Source: Candidatus Latescibacterota bacterium
GTDB lineage: Bacteria; Latescibacterota; UBA2968; GCA-2709665
NCBI GenBank assembly: GCA_965203805.1
Contig: OZ241917.1
Span: 5,504,001-5,568,000 of the forward strand
Length of the DNA stretch: 64,000 nt
Direction of reading: 5' to 3'
Shown here: piece after piece, positions 47,435 to 57,700 of the stretch
How the letters are laid out: each line of letters opens with the position of its first letter
Numbering within the stretch: position 1 is the stretch's first letter
Notes under the pieces: generated by a model
Told to the model about the DNA's origin: nothing
Database searches by the model: none
Seen by the model: the letters and a program-made list of their open reading frames with translations, nothing else
Made by a program: the position numbers and the translations under genes

Positions 47435-50400
47435 TCAGGCCCAAAGCCAATCCAACTCCGAAAAAGCAAGTTTCCGATCGAAGTTCTCGATGTTGTCCCG
47501 AACGTTGAGAATCAGACAGCGGTCGCCGCCACCGTTCAGTGGTCCCCTCAATCCGCGACCGATCATCTGGAAGTATAGGTTCGGGCTGTATACGGGCCGA
47601 GCGACGATTATGGCCCGTGTCTTGGGAGCGTCGAAGCCCTCGCGGAATACCCCATAGTTGACGAGTGCCTTAATCTCTCCACGGCGGAAGTTTTCGACCA
47701 CACGTCGTCGAGTCGCCGTTTCCGTCTCTCCGCTAACTGCACGCGACCGTATTCCCTTCCGGTTGAGGAGTGCTGCCAGCGTCTGCGCATGCTCGACCGA
47801 TGTCGCGAAGATTAGTGTAGACCATTCCGGATCAATACGTGACACATAAGCTTCGATGATGCGTTTGGTTCGCTCGACGCTATGAGCGATGCGCTCTTCC
47901 ACGCTCTGGGGAAGCCAGGGCAGTGCCATCCACTCGTTAAGTGTCCGTGTCAATTCTTCCTTGTCTACCGAGCCATTCAGGATCTCGTCGAGCGGAAACG
48001 TCTCGCCCTCAATGGTCTCATGATCGGCTTGGGCAAGTACGCCCATTTCTTGCAATTCACAGATGACGGCTTCCGGCTCGTCGCTCGCGAACGCTCCCGA
48101 GTCCAGTCGCCTGTTTCCGTAGCGTCGAACGAGTCTCTTCGTCTCCTCTTCGTCGCGTCCGCGATAGGGCGTAGCCGTAAGGCCAAGCATCAGTGGCTCC
48201 TCCACCCGTTGAAAGCGGGTCAATCCGATATCCTCCATGACAGACGTGAAAGTCGGGGCGATTGACCGATGTGCCTCATCGAAAACCACTAGCTTGAAGT
48301 TGGCCAAGAACTCGTACTCATCGGGCTGGTGTGTGAGCCTCGCCTTAAGAGTCTGGATGGTCGCAACGACGACGTGAAGTTCGCTCGTGGGTTGCGGCCT
48401 CTCCAGCCCACCCCACAATCTGGAGATACGTAGCCGAGTCGCCTGTGTGCCGACACTTGACCACACCTGCCGCCATCCTTCCACGGCTTGCTCGCACAGT
48501 TCGTCCCGGTCAGCAACCCAAAGGACGCCGCCAGGGAAGCCGTCATCCCGCATGGCTTCAATGATCGCCTGCACAGCGACCCGGGTTTTTCCGGACCCGG
48601 TCGGCATGCTAATGATCCCTCTCCGATCGGACCCACCCTCCTGTTCGCCAAGCAGCATGTTCCGGACATTGTCGACGACAGTCTGCTGGTAGCCATGAAG
48701 GTCTGGAAGAGAGTACGGACCCTCGATCTCCAGAAAGGGGTCGCGTTTCTGGTCCCGCTCACCGGCCCAATTGGCGGAGAACCCGAGGGACCGCACGAAG
48801 TCCACAGCCCGCTGCGAGCCAGCCCAACGTACCGGCGGGTCGAGACGTTCCAACGCCCACCTGTATTGCTTGAGTGCGTCGGTGTGCCAGGTGGCTATGG
48901 CAGCCTCCGCAATGTCAGTTCCCGCTAGTGTGACGTCGCCACTCTCAAGTATCGATAGAAGAGAATCGGGAAGACTTGAGCGTAGGGCCTGTTCTCCCAC
49001 TGCGGCCAAGAGGCGTTTAGCGTCGGAAGAATGCTGCCGTATCGCGAAGCGTCTCTCCTTGACTTCCTGCGGTGTCCTTCGGTGCAGTATTGCGTCGGTC
49101 TCATTTACGTCAATCCCAAGCTCCAACTCTTCCACGACGAGTTGTAATTTTCGTAGCTCGTCACCAACCGAGTCCGAGATATATATATTGGAGGCATGTA
49201 GAACGCACTCGCGAGGTTGTCCTAGGACGAGTATCCGCTCGCAGCGAATGAGACTGCACGTTCGCCGATACCCAGGAAGGTATTGCCCAAGGCCTGGCCA
49301 GATATCAGTCAATGGGATAGGTTCGTCTTCTACGAAGAATTCCGGCGTCGGCTGCGCCAGATCAAACGCCTTCTTGATATCGTCAGCATTCGAATGGAAA
49401 AGCAGCACGTGCAGTGCTTTCGGACTCTTCGGGTGTGGTCCAAGCGCGTCCTCCAGCGGAACGATCCCGCCGTCGGTTCGGATTCGCCCGTGTTTCCTGA
49501 GCATCTGGACAGTTGGCGATTCGCATTGTAACGATGGACACGGGTTTTGTGTGTCGTGGCGCATCGTCCACGGGCTATAGGTCGTCTCACTTGAAAGCAG
49601 GCTATCCGTGTATCGCGCACTTCCTTCATCGGAGAGAAGACGGAGAACCTCCAACGGTCCGCGACCAATGTTGGTTTCGAAATTCAGTAGATGCGAATGT
49701 GGGTTTCTTTTTAGTTCGCGACTTGTGAAGCGTTCGCGGCACTCTTCCAAGAAACCCGGAAACCATGGTTCTGGCGAAAGGTCGCGACCATCATTGGGCG
49801 TCTCTGCCACACCAAGAGCGCGTAACAGCTCATCGTCGGCTTCATGGAATTCGATGTCCGCAGTAACGTCTTTGTCACGGCTTCCGTCGCCGGGTACGAT
49901 ATCGCCGGGCCGCAGTACGGAATGGAGCGGTCTCCAACCGCCAGCCCTTGTCCGAACCCGGAGTTTCGTAGTCCAGACGTCTACTCCCCTGTCGTTGTTC
50001 TCCCGAATGACGTCCGTAGCGGACTTCGTAGATAACTTACGGGAAGTGGTCCAGAACTCTTGGTGGAGATCGGCACTCAACTCACTATCAGCTCCGCTTC
50101 CGATGATGAGTTCTGCCAGAACCCTGAATCTGGTTTCCCACGATGGCGGCTTAAGTCCGAGTTCCTTGAGCGCCGCAAACGTGTCGTGGTCCGATGCCAG
50201 TTTGGGGTGGACGCACGACGCCGGGCTCTTGGCTCCGTCACCGTTTAGCGACTCACTAGGCAGGAAGAGGTGCTCAGGATCAGGCGACCGCCAATCCCCG
50301 CTCGCCGTTAGAACGATAGCGCCAAGTCTTGCTCCCGATCTCTTTTCAGGCGATATCGCCGCAGCGGTCTGAATCGCCGCCATGGACGCGCTTGCCGCCT

Positions 50401-51952
50401 CATCCGCTTCCTTCCCGTACATAAGTGCCTGCAACCACTCCTCTATGGACGCCCTTGGCGCACCCGAAGATGACAATCCTGGCGGGTTTCCTTCCGTGTG
50501 AAACAGTCGATCGATTCTGGGGAGCCTGATGCGGGTGAGCGCTTTGTGATGAAGCCAATCGCGTGGCCGGTCCGCGTATGCTGCCCACCGTTCGAACGGT
50601 CGTGTATCTATCTGGGGCTCTGAGGTAAGTTCCAACGGAGGATAGAAGATGTTCCCGTGTACATGCAGTTTTCCGTCCTGATCTGGAACGATTTCACGTT
50701 CGTGGAGATCGGAGAACAGGATTCTGCGGAGAAGATTAACCTGGTCGGAATCGGCCCAACCTCGTTCGCGTGGCAAAGCATCCAAGTGTCGCGCAGGATC
50801 GTCGGATGTTGCCAGCCCTGGGAGTGCCTCGGCGATCATTGTCGCGGCGGCTTTGATCAATTCGTCATTGTATGGCCCCGGCAATAGATTTTGACGATCC
50901 TCATTGGTCTTCCATGGCGCATTCAGGATACCGGCAAGGAGGCTTGCGGTCTTGGTCGGAAAGAAAGCCCAGAAGTGTCCGGGGCGATCGAGGCGATCTA
51001 GCGGTACTGCCCACGAGATCGGCACGTTGCCGCTGTCTTTATCTAAGCCCCAGTCGCTTAGTGCTTCGGAAGAAAGGGTATGGGTTGTCTTGAAAAGCCG
51101 CCAATGCGAAGTCTCGTCGCCGGTATCGAGATGGAACTCCTCCTTCCGATGCTGCAACATGAAACTTCGGGAGACTTCTCCACATTCAAGGGTCAGATAA
51201 CGGACATGATCGACGAAAAGCAGAAATTCGGGCGGAAAGTCCCTGATTTGTTTTTCGAGGTCATCTCGCGCACCGGGCTTAAGGGGCAGGCGTACGATGT
51301 TCGTCGCCCAACCCATCAGTTCCTGCATTTCCTCGTCGGCATTCCTCTCAATGTAGGGATCGATAGGTTCCGGCAACCGCAGAACCGGGTATTGATCGGC
51401 TTGCGCGATGTCCGCTATTCTTTTCGCCGAGCGTGTTTTGTCAAACATGAACGAACCAGACCGGCTGTAGAACTCGGGAGCATCCGTTACTCTCAAGACC
51501 GATTTGAAACCTTTCCCGAACCTTCCGATCGCCGAGGTGTTCCGTTTGCTCGACATGCGGTCGAACATGAGCCCCACGATCCCGTCTTCGTCGATGGATT
51601 TTCCATCGTCAGCACAGTATAGGAAGTGTTTCGTCACGCGGATCAGAATGCTTTTCCCTTTTGGAGCGTCAAGTAAAGCGTCCGCGCTGTTTTGGACGAG
51701 TTCGAAGAGCTGCCGTCGAGCATATCCTCCGTGGGCGGTATCATATTCCTGGTTGAAATGCTCGGTTACGTGTCGTGGCTGCACACGGTATGAATCGAGG
51801 GTCTTCTGCGTCTCTTTGACAATGAACTCGGCAAGCGGACCGTCGGGGCCAACCCAAACCGCTTTCTTGTCGAGAGTGGGAAAGCTCACGTTAGCGTTTC
51901 TCTGGGCGAACCTGCCGCGTACACTCTTGGAAAAGTCGTATTCGGTCTTCAT
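47435..51952 (-). CDS. 1505-aa fusion: BrnA-like antitoxin N-terminus + sacsin/GHKL ATPase + SF2 (DEAH, ResIII-like) helicase
   Basis: MKTEYDFSKSVRGRF; ELVQNSADA, ADDG, IGRFGKGFKSV; MPTGSGKT, DEAH, GLTATP, EGFDAPK, QMIGRGLRG. Confidence 0.9.
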   Translation of the reverse strand: MKTEYDFSKSVRGRFAQRNANVSFPTLDKKAVWVGPDGPLAEFIVKETQKTLDSYRVQPRHVTEHFNQEYDTAHGGYARRQLFELVQNSADALLDAPKGKSILIRVTKHFLYCADDGKSIDEDGIVGLMFDRMSSKRNTSAIGRFGKGFKSVLRVTDAPEFYSRSGSFMFDKTRSAKRIADIAQADQYPVLRLPEPIDPYIERNADEEMQELMGWATNIVRLPLKPGARDDLEKQIRDFPPEFLLFVDHVRYLTLECGEVSRSFMLQHRKEEFHLDTGDETSHWRLFKTTHTLSSEALSDWGLDKDSGNVPISWAVPLDRLDRPGHFWAFFPTKTASLLAGILNAPWKTNEDRQNLLPGPYNDELIKAAATMIAEALPGLATSDDPARHLDALPRERGWADSDQVNLLRRILFSDLHEREIVPDQDGKLHVHGNIFYPPLELTSEPQIDTRPFERWAAYADRPRDWLHHKALTRIRLPRIDRLFHTEGNPPGLSSSGAPRASIEEWLQALMYGKEADEAASASMAAIQTAAAISPEKRSGARLGAIVLTASGDWRSPDPEHLFLPSESLNGDGAKSPASCVHPKLASDHDTFAALKELGLKPPSWETRFRVLAELIIGSGADSELSADLHQEFWTTSRKLSTKSATDVIRENNDRGVDVWTTKLRVRTRAGGWRPLHSVLRPGDIVPGDGSRDKDVTADIEFHEADDELLRALGVAETPNDGRDLSPEPWFPGFLEECRERFTSRELKRNPHSHLLNFETNIGRGPLEVLRLLSDEGSARYTDSLLSSETTYSPWTMRHDTQNPCPSLQCESPTVQMLRKHGRIRTDGGIVPLEDALGPHPKSPKALHVLLFHSNADDIKKAFDLAQPTPEFFVEDEPIPLTDIWPGLGQYLPGYRRTCSLIRCERILVLGQPRECVLHASNIYISDSVGDELRKLQLVVEELELGIDVNETDAILHRRTPQEVKERRFAIRQHSSDAKRLLAAVGEQALRSSLPDSLLSILESGDVTLAGTDIAEAAIATWHTDALKQYRWALERLDPPVRWAGSQRAVDFVRSLGFSANWAGERDQKRDPFLEIEGPYSLPDLHGYQQTVVDNVRNMLLGEQEGGSDRRGIISMPTGSGKTRVAVQAIIEAMRDDGFPGGVLWVADRDELCEQAVEGWRQVWSSVGTQATRLRISRLWGGLERPQPTSELHVVVATIQTLKARLTHQPDEYEFLANFKLVVFDEAHRSIAPTFTSVMEDIGLTRFQRVEEPLMLGLTATPYRGRDEEETKRLVRRYGNRRLDSGAFASDEPEAVICELQEMGVLAQADHETIEGETFPLDEILNGSVDKEELTRTLNEWMALPWLPQSVEERIAHSVERTKRIIEAYVSRIDPEWSTLIFATSVEHAQTLAALLNRKGIRSRAVSGETETATRRRVVENFRRGEIKALVNYGVFREGFDAPKTRAIIVARPVYSPNLYFQMIGRGLRGPLNGGGDRCLILNVRDNIENFDRKLAFSELDWLWA

Positions 51953-52236
51953 TATCGAGACTCGTATTGGCGTCGCTCGTTTTGGGTGGCGACGCGAGCT
52001 GAGATTATCCTTATTGTCGGTTTTTCGTCGTCGAACTCAGCATCAGTGTGACATACCACGAGTAGGCGACCGTCACGAGCATATCCCATGGTTACCCAGC
52101 GTTCCTCGAACTGACTGTGATCGTCGTCTGGAATTGACTTTGAGAGCGGATCCAGGAGGACCGCTGCGGCAAGTTCGAAGCTCACACTATGCTTCCGTAG
52201 ATTGCTCGCTGCCTTGGCTGGATCCCAATCGAACAT
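51952..52236 (-). CDS. brnT: BrnT-family toxin (ribonuclease)
   Basis: FDWDPAKAASNLRKHSVSFE...HSQFEERWVTMG...LLVVCHT...IRIISARVATQNERRQYE. Confidence 0.93.
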   Translation of the reverse strand: MFDWDPAKAASNLRKHSVSFELAAAVLLDPLSKSIPDDDHSQFEERWVTMGYARDGRLLVVCHTDAEFDDEKPTIRIISARVATQNERRQYESR

Positions 52237-52446
52237 ACGATTCCATTCAAAGCGGCGAACGATCTGCGGATTGGCTTATGCTTGACGCGATGGGCTGTGC
52301 TACAAGGAATGGATTCGCACGCGAAAGGAAAAAAGGTATCGCAACGTCTATTCACAGTAGGGACTTGCAAAGGGCTACTACTGCGTCCCGCGTCGGGAGC
52401 CGAGGACAATGCGGTAAATTGGAACGAGTGCACCGCTAGAGCGGAA

Positions 52447-52917
52447 CTAGAATGCCCTGTTGAGGTTCAAGCGGACGCCCCTGGCTTTGAGGTCGCCGTT
52501 CACGGCCAGGCCTACGCCTTTCATTTCAACCAGGTTGTTTCGCTTTTCCGGGGGCGGGAGTTCCTCGCCTTCATCCGAAAGAAAGAGATGGACGGAGTAC
52601 GCCAGGGTTCCGACGCCGAGCCCGAACATGATGGCGGCCTTGGTATCGCCGGATTTGCTCTCGCCGTAAAGGTCTCCCGCAGTCTGGGAGGAAGTGGTCG
52701 TTCTGTACTGTTCGTACGCGTTGTTCGCGTCCTTCCTGGCTGCGTGCGCCTCGGTGAAGAACCAGATACTCGCACCCAGCGACAGAACTCCGTGGAATTT
52801 CCTGGAATACAGGAAGTCTTTCGTCTTCTTTTGCGCCTGGGCCGGGCCCGCTGAAGCGAATAACGTGGCAGCGGCGACCACGATGGCGACCGCGCAGGTC
52901 CGATAACGGATGTACAT
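52447..52917 (-). CDS. Hypothetical exported/membrane protein
   Basis: Signal peptide ending AQA, two hydrophobic segments and a C-terminal Phe beta-strand; GGGAGG RBS. Confidence 0.7.
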   Translation of the reverse strand: MYIRYRTCAVAIVVAAATLFASAGPAQAQKKTKDFLYSRKFHGVLSLGASIWFFTEAHAARKDANNAYEQYRTTTSSQTAGDLYGESKSGDTKAAIMFGLGVGTLAYSVHLFLSDEGEELPPPEKRNNLVEMKGVGLAVNGDLKARGVRLNLNRAF

Positions 52918-52960
52918 TGCGTCCTCCCGGGGTCGATTGGGTCCCTGGCGGAACTTCAGA

Positions 52961-54334
52961 TTACTCGTCGGTCTGAACAGACGGCCCACCGACGTGCTGT
53001 TCCAGTTGGGCCAGTTCGATCTGGTATTGAAATCTGTCCTGCACAAGCTGGTTTCGGGCCGCAAAGAGTTGGAGTTGCGCCTGTTGGCGATCGAGAAACG
53101 TGCCGCCTCCGAGGTTATAGCGCTGGTCCTGAAGCCTGAAGTTCTCTTCGGCGGCCTTCACCGCCGCCTCGTTGGCCGTGACGCTCCGACGAAGTCTCTC
53201 GAGGTTCAGAAAAGACAATCTGATATCCATGGCCTTCTGACGTTTTGCCTGGTCGAGTTGCTCCCGGCTCCTCAGGTACTCCAGTTTCTGGATCTTGATG
53301 CTGTTCACGGTATTCAAGCTGTTGAATAAAGGGAGCCTGATACTGATGCTCGTGCTATACGAATAGTTCTTGATGAAGAGGTCTTCCACGCCCGCAAAAC
53401 TCTCACCCCGGTTCAACCGCCAGCCGTACCCCGCGCTGCCCGTAATGGACGGGAAGCGCACGCCGTACTTTGTGGCTCTCAATTCATCCCTGCTGGCCAG
53501 CATTCTGTGTTTTTGCGCCAGAATTTCAGGACTCCCCCTGAGCGCCCTCTCCAGCGACGTCTCGTAAGTTATGGGGGGCGGTTTGACTGAAAACGTCTTT
53601 TCGGTTGGAAAAATGTCCACGTCGGGACGGAGTCCGAGCGAAAATGCAAGCTCCGCGCGAGCCGTGGCAACGTCGTTTTCCCTGGCGATGAGCGCGACGC
53701 GATCGCCCGCCAGCTGAGACTCCGTGCTCAGGACCTCGGCGATCGTGGTCGAGCCGATCTCATACATCGTCTTTTCGCGTCGCAGGTCTTCTTCCGAAAA
53801 ACTGACCTGCTCTTTCGCCAATTCCAGTTGTTCGAGACGCTGGAGCAGGGTAAAATACCGCTGCTTTACGAGAAATGTCGTCTGCTGCCGGGTCTCCGAG
53901 AAGTCCATCTCCGCCGCACGCGCGTTCTTTTTGCTGGCAGACAGATTCGCAAGATTGGCGGCGTTGAAAATCGTAATGCTCAGGCTGGATCCGACGTTCT
54001 GGGATCCGCCCACCTGGTCTTCACCCACGGTGGTGACGATCGTCTGCGTGGCGGCGTCGAAGATTGCCCCTTCCCTTGGGCCGGTCACGCTCCTGGACAT
54101 GCCGTAGTTGCCGCTCAGGCTGGGCAGAAACGCATTTCGCCTCTGGTCGATCTGGGCAGCGGAAATCTCACGCGCGAATCGGGATTGAGTAATCGCCGTG
54201 TTGTTGCCCAGGGCGATTTCGATGCATTCGGAGAGGCTGAGGTGCATGTCTCGCGGCGCTTTTTCCTCAGCGGCCAGCGGCCATGAAAGAGCCGTAGCAG
54301 CGGTGAAAAGCGCAGTTCTCAGCACATGTAACAT
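52961..54334 (-). CDS. TolC-family outer membrane efflux protein
   Basis: Signal peptide; LSLSECIEIAL, two OEP repeats, LPLFN. Confidence 0.9.
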   Translation of the reverse strand: MLHVLRTALFTAATALSWPLAAEEKAPRDMHLSLSECIEIALGNNTAITQSRFAREISAAQIDQRRNAFLPSLSGNYGMSRSVTGPREGAIFDAATQTIVTTVGEDQVGGSQNVGSSLSITIFNAANLANLSASKKNARAAEMDFSETRQQTTFLVKQRYFTLLQRLEQLELAKEQVSFSEEDLRREKTMYEIGSTTIAEVLSTESQLAGDRVALIARENDVATARAELAFSLGLRPDVDIFPTEKTFSVKPPPITYETSLERALRGSPEILAQKHRMLASRDELRATKYGVRFPSITGSAGYGWRLNRGESFAGVEDLFIKNYSYSTSISIRLPLFNSLNTVNSIKIQKLEYLRSREQLDQAKRQKAMDIRLSFLNLERLRRSVTANEAAVKAAEENFRLQDQRYNLGGGTFLDRQQAQLQLFAARNQLVQDRFQYQIELAQLEQHVGGPSVQTDE

Positions 54335-54781
54335 ACCTGGTACTCCTACTTTCGTCCCGTCAGTGGTTTTCTCGACGTCATGGAAAGGGGTAGCAACCGG
54401 TTCGATTCAAAGCCGCGGGATGCCGATCATGATTATTAGACAGCGCAAAACAGGAAAAGTTACCGGTCAATTGCTTTCCCGTTGTCGATGACGAATCACA
54501 AAGAAAGCAGAAACCACATGAAAAGGAAAGTGAAAACTTCCGCGTGTGCAAGCTATGATTGGTTGTTGCGGTTTCCGATATCAGCCTTAATTCGACGAAA
54601 ACAGCCACGGGTCGCTGCGACGAATCCTTCCGAAACGGGCCGAAAAGGTCGTCCGGAAGGACATTTTTTTCGTTCACGTCCAGTGCCTGAACGTTCATGG
54701 AAATCAGCAGTTAAATCGCCTTTATTCACTTGCGCCTATTCGAATTAACGTCCCCGAATAATGACGAATCAAGGATAGACT

Positions 54782-57700
54782 TCAGTCCCCCCGATCCAGC
54801 AGGGAATAGACGGTCGGTATGACGATGAGCGTGAGCGCGGTCGAACTGATCAGGCCGGCGACCACGGTGATGGCCATTGGCGTGCGGATCTCCGAGCCTT
54901 CGCCCAGACCCAGAGCCATGGGCAGCAGTCCCAGAACGGTGGTTGCCGTGGTCATCAGAATGGGGCGCAGCCGCACCGAGCCGGCCTGTACGATCGCATC
55001 GGTCCTGGACCGGCCACTGGCGCGCAGATGGTTGATATAGTCCACAAAAACGATGGCGTTGTTGACCACGATACCGGCAAGCATGATCAGACCCAGGAAG
55101 ACCACGACGCTGAATGAGATTCCGGTCACGAAAAGGATGAAGAGAACGCCGATCAGCGCCAGCGGAATCGTGAAAATGATGACAAAGGGATGGACGAAGG
55201 ACTCGAACTGGGAGGCCATGACGATGTAAACCAGAAAGACGGCCAGGCAAAGCGCGAAAATCAGGCTCTGTAGCGAGGTCTGCATCTCCCGGTTCTGACC
55301 GCCGATAACGAAGGAGACGTCCCCGGGAATATCGATTTTCTCCAGGGCCTGCTGAATCAGCCCCGTTGCCGTCCCCAGATCGATACCGCCCACGTTGGCC
55401 GATATCAGCACTGCCCGCTGCTGGTCGATGCGCCGGATCTCGCTGGGGCCCTCCCGTACCTGAATATCGGCGACGGCGGAAAGGTAGATTGGGGCGTCGC
55501 CCTCAGGGTTGACCACCAGCCGTTTCAAATCGGATACGCCGGAACGATCGGCTTCGTCCACGCGAACCAGAACATCGATGCGTCGGTCGGCCTCCCGGAA
55601 CCGGGTGACCACGTCGCCCTGCACTTTCTCCCGGACCAGCGTGGCAACGCTTCGCAGATTGAGGCCGTACGACGCCAGAAGGTCCCTGCGGTAGACGATC
55701 TGTACTTCCGGGTTTCCGCGCTGGAGGCTGGATTTCACGTCGTAGAGCCCCGGGATTCCGGAAAGGGCGCGTTCCACGTTGCGTCCCAGGCTGGCGAGGC
55801 TGGCAAGGTCGTAGCCTCGAATTTCCAGTTCTACGGGTGTCTTGAACGTAAAAAGCGCCGGACGCGAAAAATCAACCGTGACCTGCGGGAGGTCGCCCAG
55901 CCTGTCGCGCAACCGGGACATGAGGTCCGTCTCCCGTTTCGCCAGCAGCGTGTTGCCGGAGATTCCCGCCCAGACTCTATTCGGAAACGTGCGGACGTCG
56001 TGCCAGAGCCGGCCCACGTCGTTAGCGCCGTTTGCCGCGTCGCCGGATACGACGATGGTGACCGTCGAGGTATGTTCTCCCTGGTCGGACGTGGATACTG
56101 ACGTCTTGTCCACCCCAACGACGGTGGCAATGCGCGCAACGTCCCGTTCTTTCAAAACCCGCGATTCCACGTCGGCCACGGTCTTCCCCGTGCGTTCCAG
56201 GGGAGTGCCCACGGGCATGGAGAGTTCCAGGTCGAATTCGCCCTGGTGAACGGCGGGAATGAGTTCGCGACCGATATGAGGCACCAGAAAGTACCAGCAC
56301 AGAATGAACGGCAGGAGGGCCATGGAGACGATGGTGAGCCGGTTCTGCAATGCCCAGCGGATCACTGGAGGATAGGCGCGGCTGACGGCGCCGAAGCCGA
56401 GGTCAAAGGCGTGTATTGCGGGCGCGAGCAGGGGAAGGGCGACGGCGGCCAGCAGAGCCGCGACCGTGACCCCGACCGGAAAGGTGATCATCATCAGCAG
56501 GATCAGCAGTTTTCCAAGCAGCGAGACCATCTGGAAGATCAGGAATCGAAGAATGAAATATAAGGGTCCGAGTACGAAGAGCAGGACAAGCAGAAGAACA
56601 CCGGCCAGGGCCGCGGGAACACGCGGGACCATGGCGAGACGCCTGCCGCGTAACGGCCACCGGCATGTTCGGCCCGCGGAGCGCCACGTCCATCTCACGC
56701 AGTCGGCGAGCCCTTCGCCGAACGGAACCGGGGCGTTGAAAACCAGCAGATCGTGCCAGATGGCCCGGACGATTCCGGAACCGAACGGCGTCGGGTTGCC
56801 GGCCCACGCGCAGAGATTCCGCCATGCGTGTGCGGGTTTCTTCCTGATCTTCAGGACGAGGGCGGCGGCGGGGAAATACAGGACGGGCGCAAGGATCACG
56901 CAGGCCGCCTTCAGAATGACAATCACGATCGCGAATACCACCCAGAGGGTGCGCCAGACGCATTCAAAGATCAGCCACGGCAGGTAGATGAGGCCCTTGA
57001 GTACCACGGATGGGAGCTCTGTCAGAGACCGGTCGCCCGCGAGCTCTTTGAGTCGAACGAGGGATCTGAACTGCAGCAATTCCGAATTGAACACGCCGCC
57101 TGCGGGCGAGCCGGCGCGCCCGCTTCCGGGTCCCCCGATGCGGATCCGGCGGGATGCCAGCATGGGAATGAAGAACAGCGCGACCGCGAGTGACGCCAGA
57201 AGCGAAAAGACCACGGTCAGGGACATATCGCCAAATACCTGGCCGGCCACCCCTTCGACGAAGACAATCGGAAAGAAGACCGCGACCGTGGTGAGCGTGG
57301 AGGCGAAGACCGCGCCCCCGACTTCCCCGGTGCCTCTCACCGCCGCAGTGACGATGTCGTCTCCCTCCTCGCGGCACCGGAAGATGCTTTCCAGTACAAC
57401 GATGGAGTTGTCTACGAGCATGCCGACACCCAGCGCCATGCCTCCCAGCGACATGATATTCAATGAGACACCGAATAGCTTCATGGGAGCAAACGTGGCG
57501 ATGATCGAGATAGGAATCGCCAGGCTCACGATGCCCGTATGGGAAGGATTTCGCAGGAAGATATAGAGCACCAGGATGGCGAGCACGCCCCCGATGACGG
57601 CGGTCTGTTTGACTTCGTCGACCGATCGCTTGATAAACAGCGACTGGTCCGAAAGCACTTCCACCTGCATGCCTTTCGGCATCGAATAGGCAATGTAGCT

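Noticed and set aside
54340-54780. AT-rich gap between the RND gene and tolC as a mobile element or ncRNA
   Set aside because: No terminal repeats, second copy or convincing structure found; probably just promoter DNA.
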